The notes under the pieces are model-generated. The model saw only the letters and a program-made list of their open reading frames with translations. It had not been told where the DNA came from and did not search any database. A program made the translations under genes and the position numbers. Shown here in pieces: positions 39,349 to 52,588 of a DNA stretch of 64,000 bases. Source of the DNA: Takakia lepidozioides (Eukaryota > Plantae > Bryophyta); assembly GCA_030704615.1 (NCBI GenBank), contig CM060732.1, positions 36,890,001-36,954,000 of the forward strand, written 5' to 3'. Within the stretch, counting starts at the first letter, position 1; every line of letters starts with the position of its first letter.

Positions 39349-39960
39349 AAGTGGACAGCACTGATAGCGAAACGGAAGTAGAAGCTGAAGACATGCACAT
39401 TGATAGGAGACGGCAAGGTTACCATTCGTCAAATGAGAGAAGCAAGGAGGATTATAATACTGGAGATGATAGCGAAGCTGAAGCTGAAGATGTGCACATT
39501 TATAGGGGATGGCAGAGATACCATTCTTACCAAAGAGAGCAGTAAAGAGGATTATAATACACCCGATGATAGCGCAGCTGAAGCTGCAGATGCGCAGACT
39601 GATAAGGGACAGCAAAGATACAATTCTTCAAATGAGAGGAGCAAAGAGGATTACAATTCTGGCGATGATAGTGAAGGTGAAGCTGAAGATGCGCACATTA
39701 AGAGGACAACAAAGACACTGTTCTTCAATGAGAGGAGCAAAGAGGATTATAATACTAGCGATGAATATAGTGAAGGTGAAGCTGAAGAGAAGCACATCAA
39801 GAGGAGACGGACCGTCCAAGGATACCATGCAGCTGCCAGTGACACTGATGTAATGAATGAAATTGAAGGCTTCTTGGATTCTCATTTTAAAACCAGATGA
39901 TCTTGCTGCTTGTCTGCATGACATTCACAAAGGAAAAAAGTTGACGGAGCCCCTGCTGCA
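39349..39960 (+). pseudogene. Orphan third copy of the acidic-repeat 3' exon
   Basis: About 5 units of ~99 bp (SKEDYNTGDDSEAEAED) ending MNEIEGFLDSHFKT, as at 36400 and 42240. Confidence 0.8.
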
Positions 39961-40207
39961 GTGGTTGTAATATGCATGGTTATTTCGTTTCTCCAAAATA
40001 ATTCTAATGAAAGAGGAACATGAAAGGTAGAGAAAACCCACAGGAGAAAGGCCAATTTTGCAAGACTATCATTGGTTGCTCATGAGCCCTACAAGGATGC
40101 TAGCCTCAAGGGTGGAGGTTGAAGCTTAGAGATATTATACCGTTCTATTGATGGCTTTCAAGAAGGCTTTCTTTCGGCCACATACAGATTGAAGCAGAGT
40201 GGACAAG

Positions 40208-42290
40208 ATGGCGTTTCCGCAGAAAGTCGCAGAGTGTAGGCTATTGTATGAGCTTCAAGGAAGACCCAAGAAATATAATGACTACGAAACTGCTGCAGAA
40301 ACTGTCCAGTGGACGGTAAGATTTTTCTCTATCTTCTCCTCAACTGTATAGTTATATTAGTAGCTGAATTTCCTGTTTCTGCTTATGTATGGTTTCCATA
40401 CACATGAGTCAGATTATGAATTCCGCCCTTTGTTATTGAATTTCAGGAGTTCGTACAAGCAGCACAAACCATTTTCGAGTGGTCAAGTGTTAAGGAAGCG
40501 ATGGTGCTGGTCCTTTGTAAGGAAGACATTTGGGGACAAGGAAATCTGGTAAACTAATTGATGTGTATGGGAAAGAGTGCAAGACAGAACAGGCGCAGCT
40601 TACAAAAACCTCTATCAGTAAGCTGCAAGGGCTTGACTCCCGCCAACTGAAGAAGGTTACCCAAAAAGTTCTGGATTGCAGTTTGTGTCTCAGACGTCCT
40701 TACAAGGGAAAGGACAAGTCGATAATGAGCATGCATGACTATACAGAGTATATGAAATTCAGAAGGTTCATTATCGACGACATTATGGTGGTGTTTGGAC
40801 ATCCCACACGGACAAAGGCCAACCAAAATCCATACACAAGAGAGTCATGGTTGGAGATAAAGCAGAAATGCAAGTTTGACAAAGCCGCGTTTGAGTCGAT
40901 GCGATTGACTCTAAGATGGTCCTACCTCAAGAGCAAGGGGAAACGAAACCAAGGGAGCCGACAAATTCCAGACGGTTTTCTTAGATTCATACGAGCTTGG
41001 AGGAAGAGTATTGATGAGAACTTAGATAAGAGAGTGAGTCTGGCCGAGAACTTCGAGACTGATTACAGGTCGGTTGGAGTATTGCCTTCTAGCTCGGTTG
41101 GAGTATGCAAGAAGGCAATAGATGTCAGGGAACTACTTGCTGGCCGAGCTAAATACGACAGAATCGGAATGGTATTTGTAAACACAATCCCTCACGATGA
41201 TGGTGTCGTTTGGTCCGGGGCAAATTATGCAAACATTTTAAATTCCCTCTCTCCAAGAAAGTGTAATGTTTTCGTTTTCTTGTCCAACCAATCCTCGTCA
41301 ATGAATCTGGCATACTATATCCGAAGAAGGGAGGGCCTGAAGAGGTATCGCATTGTTCAGGGTGTTTACTTTCCTGGAGATAAAGAGAGCCGTTTCAAGA
41401 GCTGCTCAGTTGGATTATCTCGTCCTATCCTTTGTGTGGACTATGTCTTCCCTATCAATATGACAGAATTTGAATATCCCCAGCTGGTGCATATCGATCG
41501 GTGCCTTTTGGAGAAACCTATCAACCCCGTTCTTTATGGGACAGACGAAGATCTCATCGATGAAGAGACAGATCTAAAGGTTTATAATAATGAGCTAAGA
41601 AGTGAGACATACGAGTATATTGTCTCATTGTTCTGCAGATCTGGGATGACAGCGGTTAACGTTTTCGGAGGACCTCTGCTCACCCGCCATCTTCACGTAC
41701 ATTCCTAACCTTTTTGGTTTTGCTTCATACATCTCGTATGTCTTTGTCTCTTCTTATTTCCTCCTGTTCTAATCATCTCATCGGGAAAAGAATAAAAATG
41801 GAAAATCAGCGACGTCATGAACGTCGACTGCCAGTTCATGCATCATCATTATCTTTCTAGTTGTTTATTCATCGTGCTATCCTTTATCATCATCAGGCTT
41901 GAAATGGTCAAGTGGTCGACATAAATGAGGAGGACAAGAGATGCCTTTGCGAGCAAAAGGTCCAGTCAGCCTACCATTTGCTGCATTCAGGAAGAAGAAA
42001 TAAAAAGTCTGCCGATGACGAGATCGACAATGAGGACCTAGATGGTGAAAATAATAAGGGGAACCACGAGGGAGAAGAGAGTAGCAAAGAGGATGATACT
42101 AGTGGTGATGAAGTGGATCCCAAGCTGAAGATGAAGCTGAAATGAAGACGAAGTGGATAGCGAATCCCAATGTGAAGATGAAGATGACGATGACGATGAA
42201 GTGGATAGCGAATCCCAAGATGAGGCCTCGGTCTAATGAATGAAATCGAAAGTTTCTTGGATTCTCATTTTCAAACTAGCTGCTTGTTTG
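40208..42290 (+). pseudogene. Spliced gene copy 2 (same family as 33946)
   Basis: Same ATG exon and introns; 392-aa open stretch at 40530-41708; deletion near 40533; 3' flank resumes at 46998-47700. Confidence 0.75.
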
Positions 42291-42297
42291 TGATCTA

Positions 42298-45200
42298 TGA
42301 TAAAAATGAAGAGCACTATACAGCCAAGGATCTAGAACTGGAATACAACAACTATACTGCTAGAGTAAGGCCAGCAATATATACACAAGTGGCACCGCTA
42401 AGCCTACTAAATCTAAAGGGCTCAATTAAGTAGAAGAGCCAAAGAATACCAACTACTCCTACGTAGTCAATAATTGTGCTCCTATAGAGTCGGTGATCAT
42501 GTGGACATCACTAAAGTTCGCTTAATTAGCCGGACGGTGCGCTGCAGGAAGGTCTGATAATTCTAACACCCCCTCTCAGACCTTACGTCACTACGAGGCA
42601 ACAACTTCAGAGAGACTGCAAACCCCAAGCTCACTTCTAAATTTGGAGTACTTCGTTCTGCCGAGTGGTTTTGTCAATACGTCAGCTACTTGATCACCAG
42701 TTGCTACATGAACTAGATCTATTTCTCCATTTTCTACCTTATCACGAATATAGTGGTAATGAACCTCTATATGTTTAGTGCGTGCATGGAACACAGGATT
42801 TTTTGCGATTTTCACACTAGATTGGTTGTCACATAGTAGTGTTGTGGGTTCCTGTCCCAAAAATCCGAGCTCAGCCATGAGAAATCTCAACCAGACCGTT
42901 TCTTTTGCACCCTCAGCAAGGGCACGATATTCCGCTTCTGTCGAAGACAAAGCCACAGTAGATTGCTTCTTTGAACACCAAGTGATAGTACTTTGCCCAA
43001 GACGAAATATATAGCCAGTCGTTGAGTGGCGATTTTCGGAGTCTCCTGCCCAGTCTGCGTCAGTGAAGCCGTTTAGGATGTCATCTGTGCCTTTCTCAAA
43101 GAACAACCCAAAATCAGCCGTTCCCTTTACGTATCTGAATATCTGCTTGACTGCCTCCAAGTGGGTTTGTTGGGGTTTCGACATGAACCGACTCACCACC
43201 CCTACAGAATATGCTAGATCTGGGCGAGTGTTTGTTAAATAGATTAATTTTCCCACCATTCGCCTGTACAAGGTCGCATCAATCACTGGTGCTCCCATGT
43301 CACTGATCAGTTTCAAGCCTTCTATCATAGGAACACAGTGAGGGTTACAGTCAACCATATTAAATTCCTCCAGCATTTTCTTGATATAACCACGTTGTGT
43401 CAACATGATCCCATTATGCAAATGTATGAACTCTGCTGCTAGGTAAAGATTAATGAGGCCAAGATCTGTCATATCAAACGCACTTTTGAGTTGAGTCCTT
43501 AGCCACTCCACCTTCTCGGTATGATTCCCAGTGAGTAAGAGATCATCAACGTAGAGAATAAGCATTGCCTTCTTCACGCATGTAATAGAGATTGTAATCT
43601 GCGTTGCTACGAAACAAGCCTTGCGATTTTAGGTACGTATCTATCTTTGAGTACCATGCACGCGGAGCTTGTTTGAGGCCGTATAGTGCCTTGAGCAGCT
43701 TACATACCTTTGATGCATTCCCTGGTGATGCAAATCCCTGTGGTTGCTCCATAAACACTTCCTCCTTTAGTTCCCCATTCAAGAAGGCGGTTTTTACGTC
43801 CAAGTGGTAGATAGGCCAACCTGAGTGTGCAGCAAGGGCAACCACCGCCCTTATAGTACCCCATTTTATGACAGGTGCAAATGTCTCCTCAAAGTCTATT
43901 CCTTCTGTCTGCTGAAATCCACGAGCTACCAAACGCGCCTTGAGTTTGCCTGTAGAACCATCTGTTTTCTCTTCACACGATAAACCCAATTGGCAGTTAT
44001 CGGCCTCTTTCCAAGAGGAAGGTTGACTAGTTGCCAAGTCCGATTCTTATAAATAGAATCAATCTCCTGTTGCATGGCTTCTTTCCACCCAGAAGATTTA
44101 GATACCTCCTCAAAATTAGCTGGCTCAAAAGGGACCTCTACCGCATTCATATAATCATCCATTAGATATGCAGGTTTCTTCGTTGTTCTCTTGGATCTTC
44201 TAGGTTGGATAACCTCTTCCTCTTGAGTCTCTGTTGTAGCCGGTGGAACAATTTCCAGATTTATAGGAGCAGATTCATGGTCCTATGCCTGTGTCATACT
44301 TGTGTCATCATCAGTGACAAGTTTCATGTCAGGCAGAGATGGATCTCTCGACAAATCCACATGAATGTCAATGCCAGGTGGTGACTCGGGTGTATTGTTG
44401 GGAATGATGGATATAGTAGCAGGATCTTCTGTGGAGATAACATCTTGTACAGTAATCGATTCTTCCTCATCAAAATGGACATCCTTGCTGATAATAACCT
44501 TACGAGAAGATGAGTTGTACAACCTGTATCCCTTTGTTGACTGATCATAGCCAACAAATATACATTTGATTGATTTAGAATCTAGTTTGCCTCTGTCTTC
44601 CTTGGCAATGTGAACATAAGCAGGGCATCCAAAGATACGAAGATGGCTTAAGTTAGGTTTTTCATCTGAGAATTTTTCTTATGGAGTCACACCTGAGTTT
44701 GCTCTCGTCGGGGAGCAATTTAATAAGTATGCCGCAGTATTGACAACTTCTATCCATAGGAGCCTAGGTATATCTTTCTCCAAAATCATGCTTCGGGCGT
44801 ATTCAAGCAGAGTGCGATTCTTACTTTCTGCGACTCCATTTTGATGCGGCGTACGAGATTTTGATCCATTTTTCAGTGGCTATCTCGATATCTCCTTAAA
44901 GATTCGACATTTCTTAAGTGCTTCATCCTTGCTCTTTAGAAAATATACCCAAGTCATCATGCTAAAGTCATCTATGACAGCCATGAAATATTTTGATCCT
45001 GATAATGAAGCTGTACGCATGGGACCACAAAGATCTGTATGCACGAGATTGAGGATACCTTTAGCTCGATATTGGCTTTGTCGGGGAACCCTTTCTCAGT
45101 GTTGCTTTCCAACAAGACAGCCTGGACATGTCTCAGATAGAAGCGGCAACTCAGGCAAACCGGTAGCTTTGTTGCGATTTGACAGAAAATGCAAGCTTTG

Positions 45201-46997
45201 GAAATTTAGGTGGCCAAGGCGTTTGTGCCAGAGTCGTGTTGTTTTGACAGATATCAACAGCTACATTTGCCTGCGTGCACATGTTGGACTCTAAACATGT
45301 TGCAGTGTCCAATTTATAGAGCCCATTCATGGGATCTCTTACGCAACGAGCAACAATCTCCCTTGGTTGATGTTTGTCAACAATTAAGCATTTTCTAGTG
45401 CCGAAATTGACAGATGACCAGTGTCAGCTAAAGCTCCAACAGAAATCAAATTTTTCCGCAAGCCAGGAACGTACAAAACATCTGTGATGCGTTTTATTGA
45501 TCCGCTTGGGGAATGAAATTTTGCATGACCTTTTCCTTTCACACTGCGGTGATGTCCTCCGGCAGACTTGACTCTAGAAGAACTGGCAGTCTCTCGGATG
45601 TTATGCAAAAGATTTTTGTTTCCAGCAACATGTTTGCTAGCACCAGAATCAACGTACCACTCTTTGTCATCTTCTTCCGTAAAAGAAAGAGCAAGAGCCT
45701 CTTGCTCAGCTTCCATACAAGCAGTCGCTACTTCAAGCATCTCAGCGGTGGTTTCTGAAGCGTCACTCTCGTTTGATTCACAATCGTCTTCTACCGCGTT
45801 CACTTGTTTGGCTCGTTGTTTGAGAATTTCTTCATATGGCACAGCACAATGTTTTGCCTAGTGCCCAAACCTTCCGCATCGGTTGCATCTGCTTCGCTTC
45901 TTGTCAAACGCTTGTTTCCGACCTCCAAGCTCCTTGTCATCGTCAAAGTGTTTGCGAGCATGGGATAACTTCCGAAATTCCGAAATTTAACCCATAATGC
46001 TTCCTCGTCCTTCTTCTTGTTGCGGAGTTCACGTCTGCTTTCTTCATGAAGAAGCTTAGCTATAAGCTCTTCCATAGATGGAAGGTCCCTGACTGAGTAT
46101 TGACTGCACATAAGACTCGTAGCTTTCAGGGAGAGCATTTAATACCATTTCCACAATGATATCATCAGAATTTTTTTCACCAAATCCCGCAAGTTGATTC
46201 AGGAGATCTTTGACACTTTCTAGGAAGCTCTCCGTTGGAGCATCTTCCTCCATCTTGAGTAATCTACGATAAGAGGCTTTGACTTCATACAGCTTTGACA
46301 GGGTATCCCAAATCTCCTTGGGTTCTCGCAGGTTTTGGATGTAAGGGATGATCTTGTCTGAGAGACAGACAAGTTTATGATCGTGAGAGCCCTTCTTTTA
46401 TGACGATCGAAAACCTCTTCTTCACCTTCACCTGACCATGTGACATCCTCTTCTACAAAGTCAAGAAGATCTTCTCTCATAAGAATATTACGAATCTTAA
46501 ACTTCCAGACACTGTAGGTTGACTGACCTATAAGCTTGTTGGCCTCGGTGATAGAGTTTTCTACGAGATGAGACATGATGGCAACGATTTCTGAGAACAC
46601 GTCAACGGTAAGATAGACACTACGACAGTCGACAGATACTCTATTGCTTTGGAGCAGTGCTCCACAAAGACTTTTAAAAAAAAATGATGAAGACTCCCTG
46701 TCTACAACAACGTACGAATGGTGGAGCAGTGCTACACACCAGAGGTTTTCCTAGTACCTCTAAAACTTTCAACATTCCCACGGTCCCCTTCTGACTAGCT
46801 CTGATACCATGATAAAAATGAAGAGCACTATACAGCCAAGGATCTAGAACCGGAATACAACAACTATACTGCCAGAGTAAGGCCAGCAATATATACACAA
46901 GTGGCACCGCTAAGCCTACGAAATGTAAAGGGCTCAATTAAGTAGAAGAGCCAATTAGCCCGACGGTGCGCTGCAGGAAGGTCTAATAATTCTAACA
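42298..46997 (-). mobile_element. Full-span decayed Ty1/copia retrotransposon
   Basis: LTRs 42298-42568 and 46810-46997; PBS TGGTATCAGAGC at ~46798-46809; PPT GAGGGGG at 42569-42575; TSD ATCTA/ATCTC. Confidence 0.95.
42591..46600 (-). pseudogene. Copia gag-pol
   Basis: WKFKIRNIL (gag), WYVDSGASKH (PR), integrase pieces, KARLVARGF and LYVDDLL (RT), FTDADWAG...SSTEAEY (RNase H); many frameshifts. Confidence 0.95.
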
Positions 46998-47892
46998 ATC
47001 TCTTGGTGATATCATAAAGAAAACGTTTTGAGGATGCCCCTGCTGCAGATGTACGTGGTTATTAGTTACATGTACTTGTGTCGACACAAATTCGAACACG
47101 AGTTTATAAGTCGACACAAGTCAAACTTAATACGAGGTAACCCTAGACTGATCAATATTTAATACATTGTGCAGTAACTTTTCAGAAAATGGCTCAAATT
47201 ATTAACGATAAGTTGGGAATCTGGGATACCCCCAAAATACTCGTTTCAAGTCGCCTGGATCGATCCGAGTGGTCTTATTGCAGTGCGGGGGAGGGAAAGA
47301 TCAAAGCAGTTTACAGCGACTAGGCACCACAGTCCCTGATTCCATCACATGCAGCAACGCCCCAATTGCAATTAACCTCAAGTAAATTTGAAGTGTGTAT
47401 GCCGCATATCATTCCATGTCCACAGCATCCAGCATCCTGCATGTGTATCCAAGGGAAGAAGATAAACTCATCAAGAACTTCAGTTTTTTAGCATGTTTCT
47501 AGAAAGAACAAACCCTAAAATGGAGGATTTGCTCAATCATGTGATAGCACTACTGCATACCTGCTGACAACAATGTTGTTAAGATTTCAATTTTGAGTGG
47601 GTCCACAGACCATAAGGCCGGAAATTTCACTGGAACGATGAGATGGTCACGAACCAACAACTCGTTTGCTTGCCTACTCTAAAGCACAGACTTGCTTTGA
47701 ACAGGTTTTTAGGTACAGGTCTGTCTTTCCGAGTCCTTCATCAATATAATTGAGGATTAAGAGATATCAAAATAGAAGGGTAACAGTTCTACATGGTTGT
47801 GGTACTAGCCTGATCCAACGATCAGTGCACACCATCAACCATAAGCACTGCTGGTCCGTGGTACTAATCTGATCTAACAATCAGAGTCTACC

Positions 47893-50800
47893 ATGGCATC
47901 GGTACCTTCTGAGTATCGTTCCATAATGATTGAAAAACTAAATGGCACAAATTTCACAATTTGGAAAATAAAAATTGAAATTATGTTGCTAAGAAATGAT
48001 TTACTGAATATAGTAAAAGGTGTTGATCAAGACCCAGGGTCAGATGATCCTGACGAGCAGAAGGCCTGACAACTTAAGAACGCTAGAGCCAAGTGTGACA
48101 TCCTTCTGAACTGCGGAGACAGTCAGTTAGCGATGGTCAGAAATCTTCATACGGCCAGTGAAATTTGGGAATACTTCACGAGGCTCTATGAACATACTGA
48201 TAGAGCCTCGCAATTAATGCTTCAGAAGAAATTCATGGGAATGGAAATGAAGGAATGAGAACCTGTTACAGCATTCTTGGAATCATTCCAAGGCATGTTA
48301 AACCACATGGTTGCAGCCGGCTTGGAGATCTCAGACGATGAGGCTGTAATACAACTCCTATCGAATTTGCCTCCTTCATGGCGGTCGTTTGTAACAACCG
48401 TGGGCAACAATCCTGAACTGTCTTATCCAACGTTATGTGGAAAACTACAACAGGAAGAAGCCATAAATAGTAGTTCCTCGAGAAAAGGGAATGCGTCATC
48501 TTCAACATTTTACACAAGCCATCTAGGCAATAAAGACAAAATGTGGAACAAATACAACTTTCAGAGTCAAAATGGATTCGGTCAAAAATCCAACAAGAGA
48601 AATCAAGAGGGAAGTGGAAGCTCATCTGATGTTCGAAATGACTCCAAAAGAAATAAAAGACCTTGTTTCTATTGTCGTAAGAAGGGGCACATCGCTGCTG
48701 AATGCAGAATTAAAGCAGCAGATAGAGCCAACGGGATATTTAAGTCCCAAGCAAATACGGCAAATTCTAGTGATTCAATTGGTATTCAATTGTTTACTGC
48801 TTGTTTATTTGTTGGCACCATTTCTAAAGATACATGGTATCTGGACTCTGGTGTGTCCAAGCATATGTCTCCTCACAGAGGGTGGTTCAGTTCCTATAAA
48901 CTTTTTGATTCTCCCATATCAATATATCTAGGAGATGATAATACTCAACAAGTTGTAGGACAGGGCACAGTAACAATCAGTATTACATTGGGATTGAGAA
49001 CCGAAGTACAAGACGTGCTTCATGTACCAGGGCTGAAAAAGAATTTGTTGTCCGTTGGTAAATTGACTCAAGCTGGAACAAGCTTCGAGTTTACACTAGA
49101 TAAGTGTACCATAAGAAGGGCAGGAAATCCGACTGCCATCACTTGTTCATTGCAGGGTGCACTATACCCAGTTGGTGTTGGTGTTCCTGCATCAGAGTGT
49201 GGTCTCTCTGTACTAACAAAAGAGGAAGATCAGGCTCTACTATGGCATCAGAGATTGGGTCACTTAAATTTGAAAACCATAAAAGACATGCAAAGTAAAG
49301 AAATGGTTATCGGTTTAAGTGGGCAACTAAGAGAATTGTTTGTATGCCACAGTTGTATGGCAGGGAAGCAGCATTGCCAAGCATTTCCACAAGGTGGAGG
49401 TACTCGTGCAATTGATGTGCTCGAAATTATTCATTCAGACATATGCGATCCCATGCAAACTCAAGCAATGGGAGGAGCAAGGTATTTTGCTACATTTATA
49501 GATGACAAATCACGCTTCACAGTAATTTACTTTCTAAAATATAAGAATGAAGTGTTTGATAAGTTCAAGATCTATAAAGCATATGCTGAAAAACAAACAG
49601 GAAAGAACATCAAAGTTTTTCGATCAGACGGCGGTGGTGAATATGCATTGAATGAGTTTAATCAATTCTATGAACACAATAGGATTGTGCATCAATTCAC
49701 TATTGCCTATACTCCACAACAAAATGGGCTTTCAAAAAGAAAAAATAGAACCCTAGTTGAAAGTGCACGGTGTATGCTCAAGTTGGCAAAACTGCCAAAG
49801 ACTTTTTGGGCAGAGGCAGTGGCTACTGCCTGCTATCTCCAAAATCGGTCTCTCACATCCTCAGTATCAAATGCTACCCCATTTGAGGTGTGGCATGGTA
49901 GAAAATCCGATTTAAGCAATCTTAGGATTTTTGGGTGTCCAGCTCATGTTCATGTCCCGGATGAACTGAGAAAGAAGTGGGATTACAAAAGTTTCCCATG
50001 CATACTAATTGGGTATGGAGAACAAGAAGGGGTAAAGGCTTATAAAGTCTATGATAAATAAACCAAAAAGATGCTTTTAAGCCGTGATGTCATCTTTGAT
50101 GAAAAAGCATTGGTTCGTGCTGAAGAGGGAGATATAACTCCTACCGCTACTCAATTCCCCAAGATACCCATAGATACTACCTCTGAATGTTCAAAGGAAC
50201 ATGAAGAAACGGAGTATGAATACGATGAGACGATTGGTCTTGTCACACCTAATGTAGAACAATCAAGGCTGGCACAACAAGGTTCAGCACCTCAAGGTCA
50301 GAACTTAGAAGTTCAGTCAACTGAAGGTGGTTATCCTCCTACGTCAAGTACAGAGGAGAGTATTGGTATGTTGTTACCACATGATCCATTTGGACATGAG
50401 ACAACAAGGTCCACGATAGAAGAAAGAGAAAGCGAATTAACATTACAAGTTGATCAACAAAATTTACGTAGGTCTACTTGGACAAGGACACCGTCCTTAA
50501 AATTAAAATAATCTCTCAGCAACGCTTATGCTTTTCTTACACAGACTGATGAGCCTTCCACAATAGCAGAGGCTTTGTCTGGACCTGTCACCTAATGCAG
50601 ATAAGTGGAAAGAGGCTCTTGATTCTGAGTACGACTCTCTTATAAAGAACAGAACGTGGACTTTGGTAGATCCTCCAGGAAACAGATCTATTGTCAGCTG
50701 TAAGTGGATTTTAAAAAAGAAGTACAATGTTGACGATTCAATAGCTCGTTTCAAAGCAAGATTGGTAGCACGTGGATATTCTCAAACCGAAGGTATTAAT

Positions 50801-52588
50801 TATCATGAGACATTCTCTCCGGTGATAAGAATGACCTCTTTACGAACAATCTTCTCTTTAGCTGCTAACCTAGATCTGGAAATACACCAGATGGATATTA
50901 AGACTGCGTTCTTAAATGGTTATCTAAAAGACGAGATTTATATGAAACAGCCTGAAGGCTATGTCAAAGCGGAAAAAGAAACTAAGGTTTGTAGGCTACT
51001 AAAAACACTTTATGGCCTCAAACAATCCCCAAGGGTAGGGTATGAGCGAATAGATTCTTATCTATTGAAATCTAGTTTTGCTAAAAATCCAGCAGATTTG
51101 AATGTCTATGTTAAGCGCCATCAAGTTTCTTTTGTATTGTTAGGGTTGTATGTTGATGACTGCATCATTGTTGGAAACGATTTGAAGTTTCTAAAAGCAA
51201 CAAAATCAGAGTTGTCAAGTGAGTTTGAGATGACAGATAATGGTCCTATTGAGTATTTGTCTCGGCATACAAGTATCTAGAGATAGAAGAAAAAGAATAA
51301 TTCATTTATCTCAAGAAAAGCCTAGTTGCAAATTTGGACGTGACGTGGCGTGACGCGTCAGCGTCACGTCCGACGTCAGCGACGGACATGCGTCACGTCA
51401 CGTCCTAAACGGACATTACTGTACATAAATATGTTTATTTTTTTACTTTACTATTGACTATTTACTATGAGAACCGACGTGGCAACCGATGTGGCCTCAT
51501 TACGTGGACTTCATTATTTATCTGTAAAATTTATATATTATGATTTATATTGTCAATCAAGCGACCATCAGCAACGGTTGATCGGACAATTTAAAAAATA
51601 AATAAAAATAGGTGCGACCACCAGAAGGGGGTGGTCGCACATTTTTTCTTATTTTTTAAATGGGTGCGACCACCAGCAGGTGGTGGTCGCAGCATTTTCA
51701 TTTTTTTTAATAGGTGCGACCACAAGCAGAGGGTGGTCGCACATTTTTTCTTTTTTTTAAATTGGGTGGGAGGAAGTCGCATGTTATTTTTTTTTTAAAA
51801 ACTGCTGCAACCACCCTTATGCTGGTGGTCGCAGATATTAAAAAACAAAAAATTGCTACGACCACCCCCTGCTGGTGGTCGTACCTATTAAAAAAAAGAA
51901 AAATGGTGCCACCACCCCCATTCTTGTGGTCACAGAGATTATTTTAAAGAAACAAAACCCAAAAATTAAAAAAATTCAAAAAAAATTTTGCTGCGACCAC
52001 CCCCTGCTGGTGGTCGCACCTATTACAAATAAAATAAAAATTGTACGACCACCAATAGCGGTGGTCGCAACTGTTTAAGAAAAGAAAAAAAATGCAACCA
52101 CCCCTGCTGGTGGTCGCATCTATTTTTAAAAAACAAAAATGCTGTCACAACCCCTCTGCTGGTGGTCGCAACTATTAGAAAATAAGATAAATTCTGCGAC
52201 CACCACCATTTGGAGGTCGCTCCAATTTAACAATAATGATTTAAAAATGACCTCAAATACTGGCGGATAAAGTAATTTATAAAACAATTCATTCACTTGC
52301 CAAGATGTCGCTTGGAATACAACGTGTCCACCTACGTGACATATTTTTTACCTAACTCATGTTATACTGAATTTTCGGCAAAACTGACGTGACGTTGGTC
52401 GCGTCAGCGTCAGGTCCGACGTGACGTGACGTCACTGACATGTGCAACCCTGACGAAAAGTATATACGAGATACACTTAAGAAATTCAATATGGAATTAT
52501 GTAAAGCTATCTCTACACCAATGGAACCAAGAAATAAGCTTTCCAAGGAAATGACTCCTGAAAGTAAATCTAAGCAAGATGAGATGGT
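47893..52588 (+). pseudogene. Second Ty1/copia gag-pol, lacking its 5' LTR, interrupted by a hAT MITE and truncated by an LTR
   Basis: EKLNGTNFTIWK, CFYCRKKGHIAAEC, WYLDSG, IHSDICDP, RSDGGGEY, LYVDDCII; RT resumes at 52461. Confidence 0.93.
51321..52452. mobile_element. Non-autonomous hAT-like foldback element
   Basis: 8-bp TSD AAGAAAAG/ACGAAAAG; imperfect TIR CCTAGTTGCAAAT / ATGTGCAACCCTG; GACGTG subterminal repeats. Confidence 0.85.

Noticed and set aside
51590-52225. CRISPR/REP-like palindromic array
   Set aside because: Spacers are A/T homopolymer tracts, and the array lies inside a TIR/TSD-bounded MITE
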